A model generated the notes under the pieces. The model made no database searches. It had not been told where the DNA came from and saw only the letters and a list, made by a program, of their open reading frames with translations. Made by a program: the position numbers and the translations under genes. Shown here in pieces: positions 12,621 through 26,199 of a stretch of DNA of 64,000 bases. Position 1 is the first letter of the stretch. Each line of letters opens with the position of its first letter. Source of the stretch: Takakia lepidozioides (taxonomy: Eukaryota > Plantae > Bryophyta); the NCBI GenBank assembly GCA_030704615.1, contig CM060733.1, positions 35,278,001 to 35,342,000 of the forward strand. The letters are read 5' to 3'.

Positions 12621-15435
12621 ATGGCTGAGAGTAACTGTTGGTATGCTGATGGCGGTGCAAGTGAGCACATGACCGATAAGAGAGAGTGGTTCAAGAATTT
12701 GGAACCAATAGCTAAGGGGAAGTGGCATGTCGTGGTCGCTAACAATGAGTCTGTGTGGGTTGAGGGAGTTGGGGATATCGAGATTCTGAGTCTTGTTGGA
12801 GATAGGTGGGAGAGATGAGTGATTACAAGGCTTTGTATGTCCCTAAGTTGAAAAAGAATCTATTCTCAATCGGACAGGCAGCAGACAAGGGAATTGTCAC
12901 TACCTATAACAAAGAGAGTTGCAAATTAATTAGCAATGAGGGACGAGGAAGAATTGTGATGGTAGGTTTGCGTGAAGGGAAATTGTATAAGCTGCATTTG
13001 AAAGTCATTATACCTAAGAATATCGACAAGGGTTTGTTAAGTGGCAAAAATAAGAGCATCGCTTTCTTGAGTGAGTCAAACCCTAGCAATCTATATCTCT
13101 GACATTGTCGTTTGGGACATCTAAATCATGCTATGATCAAGAAAATGGAGGCATCACAGAGTGTAGAAGGTCTGAAGATAGGCAGTCTGAGTGAGGCATC
13201 TATCTTCTGTGAAGGATGTGCCTATGGCAAGAGCCATAGACAGAGCTTTCCTGTCAATGATGAGAGAGTAAAAGCTGAGAAAGTTGGAGATCTCTTACAC
13301 ACGGATGTGTGTGGACCGATGAAAATAGACTCCATCGGAGGGTCAAGGTATTATGTGGTTTTCAAAGATGATTTCTCAGGGTACAGAATGGATTTTTTAA
13401 GAAGAAGTCTGAAGTCATAGAGCACTTTCGTAAGGTCTTTAAGCAGACACAACAAGAAACAAAGACCAATGTCAAGATAGTTCGTAGCGACCGAGGGGGA
13501 GAGTTTATGAGTTCAGCTTTTAAAGAGCTTTGTAAGAAAGAGGGAATCCGCCATGAGCTGACAGCTCCTTATACACCGGAGCAGAACGGTGTTGCCGAGA
13601 GAGAAAATAGAACCGTCATGGAGTCAACAAGGAGTATGTTGCATACAAGCAATATTGGCCTGGAATTCTGGGCAGAGGCTGTACTAACGAGTGCTTACAT
13701 CCTGAATAGAACAGGAACACGGTTATTGGATGTGAAGACACCAATCGAAGCATGGTCAGGAGCAAGACCATCTATTGTTCATTTCAAGATTTTTGGATCA
13801 GATGCCTATTCTCACATTCCAAAGCAGATGAGATCCAAACTTGATCCTAAGTGCAAGAAATGTGCATTCATAGGATATTGCACCGAGAGCAAAGCATATC
13901 GGCTCTGGCACAATGACACTAAGAAGGTGATAATCAGCCGAGATGTTGTGTTTGATGAGGGATCATACACATCTACAACACAGTCATTGCAAACTCAAAG
14001 TGGAGTCTCCATCATGGATCTGTATGATGATCTTGAGGACTCAGTGGAAGTACCTGAACCAGTTGGAGCAGTGCAGGGAACAGTGGACGCAGAACCAGTG
14101 GGAGCAATGCAGGGAACAGTGGATGCAGTTGAGGCAACAGAAGAATTGATGGGAGCTCAAGAAGGACGAAATAATGAGCAAGCGGTATATGAACCAGTGG
14201 GAGTTCAGATTCAAGTGGTCCTTGATGGATGTGTGGAGAAACCATATGGGCAAATGACACGATACGAAACTCGATCACGGCAAGCACCAACGAGGTATGG
14301 TGACTGGGCTTATTTTGTCGAGGTGCAGTATTTTGCTGGAATAGCGAGTTCATTGGAAGAGCCCCATGATTATTGGACTGCAATCAACTCAGAACAGAGA
14401 GTCAAATGGCAGCAAGCGATGGACGAGGGTTTCAACTTTCTCACTCAAAACGAGACATGGTTGCTTACAGAACTACCTCGTGATCGCAAAGCGGTGCAAT
14501 GTAAATGGGTTTGCAAACTAAAAACAAAATCAGACGGAACAGTTGAGAGATACAAGGCACGATTAGTTGCCAAAGGATTCTCACAGCAGTATGGTATTGA
14601 CTATGCAGAAACATTTTCTCCTGTCGCCAAGTATGACTCCATTCGCACCATTCTTGCCATTGCAGCATCTGAGGATATGAATATCATGCAATTTGATATT
14701 AAAACCGCGTTTCTCTATGGAGAACTCGAAGAAGAGATCTACATGATCCAGCCGCCGGGCTTCATAGCACCAGGCACAGAGCACCTGGTATGCAGTTTGA
14801 AAAAATGTTTGTATGGACTGAAGCAGGCTTCACGAGTTTGGAATGCGAAGTTTGATAATTTTTTGCTTAGGTACAATTTGGTACCAAGTGCGGCAGATCC
14901 TTGCATTTACTACAGTAAGGAGAAGCCCAAAATCATCACATCTCTTTTCGTGGATGATGGACTGGCCTGTTGCGTTGAGTCAGCAAGGCTTGACAACATG
15001 TTTGAATACATGGGCAAGGAATTTGAAACCAAAGTAGGAGAGGCAGACTGTTATGTTGGTTTGCGAATTAAAAGAGATCGGCAACTCAGGACTATTTCAA
15101 TCGATCAGCAAGTCTACATTGAGAAGATGATCACGAAGTATGGTTTCGAAAATGCAATGGCAGTGACTACTCCTGCTGACCCTAATACTCAAATGAGTTT
15201 CTACTCTATTTCAGGTGACTCAGATAAAGAAGAAAACAAAAACATCATGGATTACCAATTTCCATATCAGGAAATGGTTGGAAGCTTGATGTTTGCAAGC
15301 ATCGGGAGTCGTCCTGACATCTCATATGCAATTAGTATAGTGACGAAATACGCATCAATACAGAGACATGTGCATTGCAACGCTGTGAAACGGATCATGA
15401 AATACTTGAAGGGAACATCTCATAAATCAGTATTT
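12621..15435 (+). mobile_element. Ty1/Copia pol (protease, GAG-pre-integrase, integrase, RT), truncated both ends
   Basis: WYADGGASEHMT; GHLN...CEGCAYGKSHR; HTDVCGPM; VRSDRGGEF; YTPEQNGVAERENR; KARLVAKGFSQQYGIDY; LYGLKQASRVWN; LFVDDGL; RPDISYA. Confidence 0.96.
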
Positions 15436-18108
15436 TCAAGAACACCAACATATGGGCATTTCATAGAATGAGTGACATGTGGGTAGAAATAACAAAATTA
15501 CTCTACATTCTTCGTGAAAATAGATGTTGGAAGACTGACTCGACGGATCCAAATGTGGACGCAAATTGTATGGGTTAGATTGATCCGAAATTGACAGGAT
15601 TACAATTATAAGACAGACACCCTTATTTGGAGTAGGAACCTTACGTCTGTGAGATGATGAAGGGCTAAGCATGTACCATGCATTTGTTAAAAATGTCAAA
15701 TTTTCAAAGACACCTTGTCAATATGGTCAGTTCCAACCTTACTGTGACGAGCTCTCATGAGAGGCTGGTACCCAATACCGACTTGAAGCTGGAGTGTGGA
15801 GTGTGCATTCATCAACCTCCATTTAGCCAAATGTACTCACTCGACGTAGCCTTGCCAGTAGCTACAGCACGAGAGGGGCACAAAAAGGAAACAAACATAT
15901 ATACAAGAGTAGTCATCGTGCACGATGGGTCACCATCTTCGCGTCTGCACCGTGCAATTGAGTGCACGCACCCACTTCCAACAACACAAGAACATGTAAT
16001 CAAATCAGCTGAACTTAATGAACTGGGAACTTAAAACGTTCCTGTGACAGCAGCTCATTAAAAAAAAGTCTTCTTGAACTACTCCACATTCTTTACTTCT
16101 AAGAAATAAAATTATGCAGGCCTATATGCTGTCTTTTATTACAGCACAAGGGGGACCGGAACATAGCTATCGCCATAGCAATTATACGAATGTTATGTCT
16201 GCTTTCCCAAGTGGCTCAACCAAACTAGACTGGACACCCAATTCTTTCCGCGTACATACAACAAGAAATTACCAACTGTTCTATCTGCATCTGCAACCCA
16301 TTCATAATATCCGTCAGAGTATTCTTAATCAGGCTTCTCTATGTCAAATTGTGCTCTAGACCCAAGAACGTTATATGTCATGGGCATTTGAGGGGTTTGT
16401 GATTTTGATTGTGAAGTACAAAAATCATTCCAGATCCCTCACCTCAACCGTTTCTTTGAGTCAACAAGTACAAGTTTTATAAGTTCGGTAGTAGAACTGT
16501 CGTAGCTCAGACCATGGGTCAAACAGGTACGTCACAGCTATGTCCTGTCACTGCAGCCTTGTGGGTATTTAAACCCTGTATAAACCTTGTAGATGCCTTA
16601 AGTTTAGTGACGTTGCTGGTCCTCAACACGAGTTCAACACTTTTAGATCGCAGTATGTCTAGAAAAGGTCAATCTTCACTGCTCATTCGACTCCGACTCC
16701 TATTCGACTTATGTGAATTATTGTCGAGTAGACATGTCATTTGAACCCCGTTGTGTTGTTGTGAATTACAAATGGGTTCCAGAGATCGGCTGTCCAACAG
16801 AAACCACCACAAAACTTGTGGTTGTGGACTCTGTTGATTTTCATCTTTTTTATGAACAAAATGGAACATTAGAGGCTCTCAGAAAAGCACCTTACCTCAT
16901 ATGCATGCCCCAAGTTGAGCATAATATTCCAAAGAGAAGGTGTCCCAAAAGCCCGAAAGCTTGCACCCCAAATGCGTATGTGAAAAACAAGTATTATGAT
17001 CAGCTCGGCGAGCGAAGAGCCCATTTTGGCTATCTGAGATCGTCTCAATGAGGAACGAACGATAGTATCTCGCAGTAGCTGGTTTCTCACAAAATCTCCC
17101 ATGTTTCCTTTGTCTTCGCTCTCCCTCTTGTCATGTCTAGCCCACGGAAGCAAAGCTTCGAAAGCGTCGACTCCCACAAAACGGTCTTCCCCACGGGCAG
17201 CTTCCCGAAAAGCACGCGTCAGTTTAGATTTACCACTAAGGAGGAGTGTATTGTTAAATTTGCTCTAAACTACAAAGGATTTTTTTATTTTAGAGAAGAT
17301 AGAAGTAGTGCTCAAGTATTTAGAGCAGGGCAGTGCCGCCAAAAGTTTCGCCCTCAGAGGCCAACGGCTCCATCGTCTCTCTCGATCTGCTACACCATCT
17401 CCTCTCAACGATTCTACGAAGGAGTTTCTCCTACGGCATTTGCTTCCATCACTCGCACAGGATCAAACATTATGTTTCAGCTTATATTCCGTTTATTCAC
17501 CCTATTCTGCACCGTCGACCCACAAGGAGCACCGATCAGCACCATTAGGTCTGAACCTTCATCAGGCAGAGGATTGATCTATTGGGCACACCAAGCACAA
17601 AGACGGGCGGCCCTGTCGTCAGACGAGAATAAGAGAGTTCTCTCCCCCTAGCCTTCAGGCCCGCATCCCCAATCAACGTCCCTTTCTGGAGGTAGGGGCT
17701 CAGCAACATGCTCCCATGGAATCGCCTTCTCAGGCCTTCACCTCCTAATAAGGATTGGAGAAGGCCATGCTCTTTCAGGAGCCAGTGGATAAGGATTACC
17801 CCCATACACTATGGATATTCAGAGTATCAACAAACAGGTTTCAAGTATGGAGGAATGTGGAATCTTGCTTCACTTCCCCGGGAGTGGATCGAGCGTTCGT
17901 AAAGGGCTGGGCGATCAGGAATCTAGGAGGCCAGGGTGAGCTCAAGCAGGCCTCTCTATTTTTTTCGAGACTCGAGAGGCGACATCCCCAGCCCTGCAAC
18001 TCAACCCCCACTTACTGGATTTTGACGTACTCGAGAACACGCCCCCTAGGGCGCATTCTGCATTCAAAAAAGGCATAATCTGCCCCCAAAATCCTCTACG
18101 CAATATTT

Positions 18109-18366
18109 TGAAGAATTTCGCAGACAGTATATTGAGGATCAATGAGACTGGAATACAAGGCATCTGGAGAGCAAGCCATATATACAATGGTGGCACCGCC
18201 GAGTCTAATAAATGTAACATGGCTCATTAGCTAGCTGAAGAGCCATACTAATCGGAATGAATAACTGCCAACTACCCAGGCTAAGTAACTACTACGGCCT
18301 ACAGTTACACCGATGCAATCGGTGATCCATGTGAAATGTCTTTAAAGCTAGCCTGATCATTCAACA
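18109..18366 (-). repeat. 3' LTR of the Copia element
   Basis: Near-identical to 24184-24438 (about 8 substitutions and one 3-bp indel counted by eye). Confidence 0.95.
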
Positions 18367-21300
18367 CCCCCCCTCAGGCTAAGCCACCCCACTCTACATA
18401 TGATTAACTACAAACTGTTCAGATTCAAAGCACTGAGAGCTTCAGCAGTAGTAAGTCTTCTCTTATGTGCTGGCCACTCCACGAAATAATTGCGATTTGG
18501 GCCGAATGTCAAGCAGAAATGTAGAGGGACTAAAATTTCCAAGAGCTCTTGGGTTAGTCGACTTCATCCTTTTCAAGAATTTTGGTCAGACTGCAAACTC
18601 CAAGATCATTCCTAAATTTAGAATGCTTGATTTTTTAGAATGCTTGATTTTTCCAAGAGGCTTGGTGAATATGTCAGCAAATTGTTCCTCGGTTGGTATA
18701 TGTACAAGGCCAATCTCTTTGCTCTCAACTTTTTCACGTATGTAGTGGTAATGCACCTCTATGTGTTTAGTGCGCGCATGGAAAACAGGGATTTGAGCAA
18801 TCTTCATACTACTCTGGTTATCACAAAAAAGAGTAGTAGCTTCATGATTTACAATTCCAAGCTCTCCTGTAAGAAATCTCAACCACGCAGTTTCTTTCAC
18901 CCCTTCTGTTAAAGCTCGATACTCAGCCTCCGTGCTGTGGGTTGTTTCTTCGAGCACCAAAGACTATCACTGCCGACTCTCTGAGGCGAAAGACATATCC
19001 AGTAGTTGAATGTCTTTTATCGTGATCCCATGCCCAATCTGCATCAGTGTAACCGTGAAGAGTGCTACCGGTGCCTTGACGAAAAAATAGACCACAATCT
19101 GCAGTACCCTTAGTATACCTGAGAATTTGCTTCACTGCATCAAGATGAGCTTGTTGCGGGTTGGACCTCGGGTTGGACATGAAGCGGCTAACTACACCTG
19201 TTGCATAGGATATATCAGGTCGCGTGTTTGTCAAGTAGATGAGAGTTCCAACCATCTGCTTGTATAAAGTAGGGTCCACATGTGGTGAGTTCATTTCTGC
19301 GAGCAGTCTGGTTCCCTCTGCCATCGGAACAGCTTTGGGATTGCAATCTGTTAAATTGAAGCGGTCTAGCATTCTTCTTATGTATCCACATTGGCTCATC
19401 ATAATCCCATCAGTCAAATGAATGAACTCAACTGCAAGATATTGATTAATTAGACCTAAGTCTGTCATCTCATATGCTTGTTTGAGTTGCTCTCTAAGCC
19501 AGACACTCTTTCCATTGTCATCACCAGTGAGGAGTAAATCATCGACGTACAAAATCAAAATCAGGATGATTAGCTTCCCGTTATCTCGAAGATAATAGAG
19601 ATTGTAGTCTGCTTGACTGCGATGAAGACCCTGAGAGCGAAGATAGGTATCAATTTTTGCATACCATGCTCTGGGTGCCTGCTTCAGCCCATAGAGGGGT
19701 TTGAGCAATCTACAATACCTTGGACTCGTTCCCTTTCTCGATAAAGCCTTCAGGCTGAGACATGTACACTTCTTCAGTTAGATCTCCATTCAAGAATGTC
19801 GTTTTCACATCCATGTGAAAAATAGACCACCCATTTTGGGCAGCGATTGCAATTACTGTGCGGATTGTTGACCACTTCACCACTGGAGCAAACGTATCTT
19901 CAAAGTCAATGCCAGCTCTTTGTTCATAACCTCGAGAAACCAGTCGGGCTTTCAGCCCATCTCGGGTCCCATCAGCTTTGCTCTTAACTTCGAACACCCA
20001 TTTTGGTGAAATTTCCGTCCTTTTGGAAGATCCACGAGTTCCCATGTTTTGTTGCAAGTTATCGATTCCATCTCCTGTTGCATTGCCATTTGCCATACAG
20101 GAATATTGGAAGCCTCTTCAAAAGATGTTGGTTCGAAGGGTACCTCCATAATGTTGACGTAGTCGCGAAACCAAGCAGGTCTCTTTTTGATCCGCTCATA
20201 CTTTCTCGGTTCTTGGCCAGTAACCAGAGTAGGAGGATCTTCTAATTGAACAGACATGTCCTACTCACTTTCAGACATTGAGGGACCCATTGGCACGTCG
20301 TTACTGCATGGAGGAGTCTCAGGTGATACTGGTAGTGAGTCAAGTGGAACTGGTAGTGAATCATCCGTAGGAGAAAAAGTGGATTCCTCAGGTTCAATGA
20401 ACTCCCTTTTAATCACTGGGTCAGTTGGTGACTCATCAAAATGCACATCTCTGCTTATCACAATGCGACGAGAGGAAGGATTATAGAGCCGATAGCCTTT
20501 GGTTGAGGAATCATATCCAACCATAACGCATTCAATTGATTAGAATCAAGCTTTCCTCTTTCCTCACGTGCCACATGAACATGAGCACTGCAGCCAAATA
20601 TGCATATGTTGCTTAAATCAAGTTTGATATTTGAGAATTTCTCATAAGGTGTCATACCTGAATTAGCTCTCATTGGGCAACGGTTGAGAAGATAAGCCGT
20701 AGTGTTGACTGCTTCAGACCACAAGAACTTTGGTACCTTTCTTTCAAGTACCAAACTGCGAGCACACTCGAGCAAAGTGCGATTTTTCCTCTCTGCCACG
20801 CCGTTCTGTTGTGGCGTTCGTGGTTGTGTAAGTTGGCGTTGAATTCTGTGCTTGTGGCAGTATTCGATGAATGCTTGAGAGAGGAACTCTCCACCTCGAT
20901 CTGTTCGAAGACATTTAATACGTTTCCCAGTAGCATTCTGGATCATCTCCTTAAAGATTTGGAATTTCCTTAACGCCTCACTTTTCTGTTTGAGGAAGTA
21001 CACCCACGTCATTCGGCTGTAGTCATCAGTCACGGCCATGAAATACTTAGATCCAGAAAGAGAAGGAGTAGAAATGGGTCCGCAAAGATCAGTGTGAACG
21101 AGGTCCAATATCCCCATTGATCGATGTTGAGACTGGCGTGGAAATCTTTTCCGATGTTGTTTGTCTTTCAGACATCCGATGCAGGTTTCAGTCAAGAGAG
21201 GCAATCTTGGCATTCCAACTACCTTATCTTTGTTTGACAGAAAACGAAGACTCTGATAATTCAAGTGTCCAAGTCGTTTATGCCATAACCTAGCCCCACT

Positions 21301-22684
21301 AATGTCTTCTACAGGATTAGCTTCCATGATAGGGACGGCTTTGGACTCAACACATTTAATTACGAGCCTGTATAAACCATTGGATCGGTCTCGTACACCG
21401 TGTGCAACAATCGCATGAGGTCTGTGTGTCTGTCTACGATCAAACATTTTCTAGCCCCGAATGAACTAAGTGACCTTTGTCTGCCAAAGCACGAACAGAG
21501 ATGAGACTTTTCTTTAGACCTGGCACATACAGAACATCTGTAATCCTCTTTATTGATCCATTTACACTCTTAAACTGAGCATGACCCTTGCCCTCAACAT
21601 GATGAAGGTTTCCTCCTGCTGATCGAACACTAGAAGATATCCGTGACTTCTCCATATTATGGATTACCACTCACATGCTTACTAGCACTAGAGTCCACAT
21701 ACCATTCTCCATCTTCGACATCTGCAGCAAGTGCTTCGTCATCTACTTCCAGTGTAGCCATCGCAGCCTCCAGAAGTTCGGCGGTGGTCTCCGATGTGTC
21801 ACTCTCTTTCAGATGGTTCTGGTCCATTTTCCACTTCCTCGATAGCATTGACTTGTCGGCTTCTTGCTTTCAAGATCTCGTCGTAGGGAACAGCACAATT
21901 TTTCACCCAGTGACCAAACTTGCCACATCGATTGCAATTCATCGATTGTTTCATGTCGACGTTGTATCTAGACCCGCCGCCAGGCTTTTGCTGTCCTTCT
22001 GACCGTTTGTAGTTTTGGGCAAATCTCTGAAACTTCACCCACAAAGCTTCTTCGTCCTTCTTCTTGTTCTTGAGCTCTCTCCTGCTCTCTTCACGCAACA
22101 GTTTTGCTGTTAGTTCTTCTAGAGTAGGTAGATCACTTTGACTCAACAACGATTGGACATAGTGCTCATAACTCTCCGGGAGAGCATTCATGACCATTTC
22201 GACCACAATATCATTAGATATTTTCTCCAAAACCAGCCAACTGATTTAGTAAGTCTGTGACATGCTCTAGAAAATTTTCCATGGGTGTGTCCTCCTCCAT
22301 TTTGAGATTAGTCAGCTTGTTGCGGATGAGTAATCTCCTCGAAGATGCCTTGACCTCGTACAGACTAGCAAGAGTATCCCAGATTTGTTTGGGCTCCTTC
22401 AAGTGTTGTATATAAAGAATGACCTTGTCTGACACGGACAGATTTATAATGGTGAGAGCTCTCCGCTTATGCCTTCTGAAGGCCTCTTCCCGACCTTCAA
22501 TTGGCTAGGTGTCTTCCTCTACGATGTCTAACAAATCTTCTCTCAATAGTATGTTGTTGACTTTGAACCGCCACACGCTGTAGTTGGACTATCCAACTAA
22601 CTTTGTTTGCTTCCGAGATTGTATGTTCGATGACTCCTGACATTGTGATTGAAAAGAAAGAAAAAAAAAGGAAAAAAAAGGAAA

Positions 22685-23958
22685 GAAATGAAATGAAATG
22701 AAATGGTGCTTTATAACGTCCGCGGAAAGCTCGTAGAGCTTATGGGACAAAATGGAAGAAAACATGAGAGAGGAACAAATCCAGAAACCACAATTAATGT
22801 TCTAGCGATTGTCTAAGGGTGAAGGCCTCGTGTAGGTAGGCTGCCAAGCATTTTTTATCCTCATAGTGAAAGACATCAGTGAGAGTTTGGGTTCCACTGA
22901 ATAAACAGTGGAATCTCCCACGGATCTCGTAGTATAGAGGGCAGTAGAAGAAGTGTTCTTCAGTTTCAATTTCCTTGCTGCGCCCTATGCAAGCTGGACA
23001 TAGGCGGTCCTCCCGTTGCGGGTTTTCCCATCTGCCAGTCTCTATCCGTAGGTTGTGGGAACCCACCCTGAACCGCCCCAATGTCCTCAAGAGGGAAGGA
23101 GATAAGGGTGCTGAAAGGTAATTTGGTCTCAAGATTCTATCATCGCTGAGCACTCTCGATAGAAGTGGAGCTTTGTTGTGAGATTGGGTAGCATCCAAGT
23201 TCTCTTGACATGTAATTCCATAAGCTCTCTCCGAATGAGTATGTTGCGGTCATGTCTGGATGTGATGTCCACCTCATCTGGGTTCATTGGTAATAGGAAA
23301 GCAGTAGAAAGTCCGTTACGTTGAAATAAACTGTCCACTCGAGCATACCAGGAGTTCCTGAAACCTGCAGCTTTGAGCCTCATAGATGTTGTGAGGGCCC
23401 TTGCCACTAGCCCTTTGGGTGGAAGGGCCTGCAATCTATGGAGAAAGATTGTAAGCCTGAAGAGGGCCTCGGATTGCAATGGTACACATGCGAACTCTGC
23501 ACCTAGGATCTGAGATGGAGTTGTGCTCCTGGCGCCAAGCATTGCTTGGAGAAAAGATGATTGTAATGGTTCCAAATTCTTTTCCCACCAGGAGACAAGG
23601 ACACCAGGTGCCCAGAACTCACAACCATAGATGGTAGCAGGGCTGACGACAGTGTCAAACAGCCACTTTTTGGTCGGGGGATGCCGCAGATGTATTTGCT
23701 TACATTTGGCCTGAAGGCGGACGGAGGCTGCCTTACCTTTAGTCAATCTGTCCAAGGCTGTGGCTGCAAAGTGAAACTTGGGGAGTGGATAACCAGACCT
23801 AGGTACCGGTATGATTTCAAAATCTCAATTTCCTGCTGGTTGAAGATGAATCTACGATCAGCCTGGCCATTGAAGACCATGATCTTGGTCTTGCTAAGAT
23901 TGACTTGCATCCCATAGTCTTTGCAGAACTGTTCCAAAATTTTGAGATGGCGTTGCAG
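22685..23958 (-). mobile_element. 5'-truncated non-LTR retrotransposon (L2/RTE-X-like ORF2 C-terminus) inserted in the Copia leader
   Basis: RT thumb LQRHLKILEQFCKDYGMQVNLSKTKIMVF...YRYLGL, YGCEFW, and RFRVGSHNLRIETGRW...CPAC...ETEEHFFYCPLY; 3' tail (CATTT)n at 22685-22705. Confidence 0.9.
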
Positions 23959-24183
23959 AACGAAACGAAGGTTCGAACGTAAGAGAAGAAGAGAAGAAGT
24001 AGAAGAAGAAGAACGTAAAGACAAAAGAAGAACGTAACAGGGACTCGCTTTGGGGCTGAGCTGTCTACTTAGCAAAAGAAACGTTCACCGACAAAGCGGT
24101 GCTCAACGCCTGAGATCTTCCTAGCGATCTCTAACACTTCAAGTACAATGATTCCCTTGGTCTCTCCCCCTGCTCTAATACCA

Positions 24184-24438
24184 TGAAGAATTTCGCAGAC
24201 AGTATATTGAGGATCAATGAGACTGGAATACAAGGCCTCTAGAGAGCAAGCCATATATACAGTGGTGGCTACGCCGAGTCTAATAAATGTAACATGGCTC
24301 ATTAGCTAGCTGAAGAGCCATACTAATCGGAATGAATAACTGCCAACTACCCCTAAGTAATTACTACGGCCTGGAGCTACACCGATGCAATCGGTGATCC
24401 ATGTGAAATGTCTTTAAAGCTAGCCTGATCATTCAACA
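24184..24438 (-). repeat. 5' LTR of the Copia element
   Basis: Direct repeat of 18109-18366, adjacent to the PBS. Confidence 0.95.
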
Positions 24439-25783
24439 TATTTTCCGGTGGACTTCCAAGATGGGGGATCGTAACGGTAAACTGTGGGGTCCGGCCAGAA
24501 TCATCTCTCTACCCTTCATTCCTATACTAATGAGGGCCAGAGTCATCTCTCTGCCCTTCAACGACTTGAGCTCTGACAGAGAGATGAGAGAACTATATCT
24601 AGTCAATCTTCCTGATATAGCAAACCATTTCGGGTTTTATTTAGGTTGCCTGGCTGTTTTTGATCCTCACATGTGCACACAGAACTTGCGTCAGGACCTT
24701 GCTTGGAAAGACGTTAACTTACAATTGCCTCAAAACTTCATGAATCAGGATGCGTGAAAATTGTCATTATGCTGCCATAAGAGGCTTCTCTTCCATATTT
24801 CATAAGGCTTCCCATAGATGAGGAGGGCAACGTCTACTCTATCATGCTCATCGAAGATACCACTTCCACAGCTTGTTTTAATTGTGGGCGCACTGGCCAC
24901 ATTAAAGCAGATAGTCCTGACAACAAAAGGAAGAGATCTCCTGTAGTGAAGACTGTGGCTCCCACTCCGTTGGCGCCACAACAGCACAACCTCTTCACAA
25001 GGTCACCTCCCACTCTGAGTTCAGATATCGGTTCAGATATTCTACAGTGCAAGACAGGCATCCCAATGATACTGATCTCATTCAGTTTAGCGTACAAAGA
25101 GGGTTGCTAGGCTCCAACAGTCAATTAAAGGCAAGACCAAGGTTCATAGCAGGTCCCCTCCATCATCCCCTTCTGCACTCTACGTCAAAGGGATCAATAG
25201 GCCAACTCTTGGTTTACTAACCCTAATATGATCATAGGCGTTGTAAGTAACCCTACGGTTGCTAAGATTTGCTTGAGGCAAAAAACCTTCCCGCTCCTTT
25301 CCCTCTCTGGATGCTCGTATCTGGATTCAACTGCTGATGTAACCCCTCTGATCTTCAATGGCCATCGTCCACCCTCACAGGGGATGACATGAAGGGAATG
25401 GAATCCTATAGGTCACCACCAAAGACCTCAGGCATTTCATCGCCACCTGTCCACCCAACAGCAGCCCTGCTCAGCCTATGTTAATAAAAATGGATTGAAG
25501 AATTCTTCGGGACCCACCTCCCCTACTACCAGCTGGCTCCCACTTCCAAAGTCACCTGAGGTACTTACTTGGAAGACCACCCTGGTCAAGTAGCTGCTCA
25601 CCCTCTACCCAGATTCTGGCACTTATCGAGGAGGCGAATGTCTACCTCCCCACCTCCTTTGGGAGCCAGATAGACTTAGGAAAATGTTCTCAGAACATGG
25701 TGTCTCTCTTTGTAAAGGCTCACATGTATTCTGACTCTCCTATGATGTTAAAGGTATTCCTGTGATGTAAGGTAAGCTACAAC

Positions 25784-26072
25784 TGTGAAATATTCTACAT
25801 GAGAACCTAGATCTTTTGTAACAACAATTACATACTTTTATTGATCATATAGAAAGTCTCTCATACTTACTATATATCCATCTCTCTCTCTCTCTGTGTG
25901 TTCTTGTTGTGAGTTCTTGTTGTGAGAGACAGAGCTCTCCTTTATAGTTACACAACTGAGTAGGTAGTCCAATGGTTACACAACCGATTTATGTGACTTA
26001 TGGAATCACACCCGAAGAGTTGTGTCTGTTAGAATGTTGAAGCTGCAACTATGTAACGGCAACTTTCCAACA
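25784..26072 (-). mobile_element. Solo LTR
   Basis: TGTGAAA...TTCCAACA ends with 5-bp TSD ACAAC (25779-25783, 26073-26077). Minus-strand TATA (CTATAAAGG) and AATAAA are present inside. Confidence 0.8.
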
Positions 26073-26199
26073 ACAACAACAAATTCAGTCATATTCCGAG
26101 AGTGTGCGTCCGTGAGGGGAGAGGTTCTGAAAAATTGCACTGTATAGTCGAATAAGGATAGACCTGTTAAATTTGGCTGCTGTCAGAGCTCAAGTCGTT

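Larger units (their letters stand above)
18109..24438 (-). mobile_element. Full-length Ty1/Copia LTR retrotransposon (degenerate gag-pol)
   Basis: LTRs 24184-24438 and 18109-18366 (TG...CA); 5-bp TSD TATTT; PBS TGGTATTAGAGCA (iMet-like) at 24171-24183; PPT at 18367-18375; gag knuckle CNRCGKFGHWVKNC, WYVDSSASKH, integrase, RT ILYVDDLLL, RNase H CDNQS. Confidence 0.97.
17560..25110 (+). pseudogene. Degenerate LINE (L1-like) ORF1-type coding region with zinc knuckle, split by the Copia insertion at 18109-24438
   Basis: After the Copia TSD: LPDIANHFGFYLG...DVNLQLPQNF then CFNCGRTGHIKAD(S)P knuckle. The upstream part (17.7-18.1 kb) resembles the RRM-like ORF1 region. Confidence 0.5.

Noticed and set aside
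15436-17550. Short ORFs between the two Copia elements
   Set aside because: No recognisable motifs or consistent splice structure; left unannotated.
24540-24592. miR156/miR535-like precursor (TGACAGAGAGATGAGAG in a hairpin)
   Set aside because: The stem is only 11 bp, the mature-sequence match is poor, and a repair scar explains it better.
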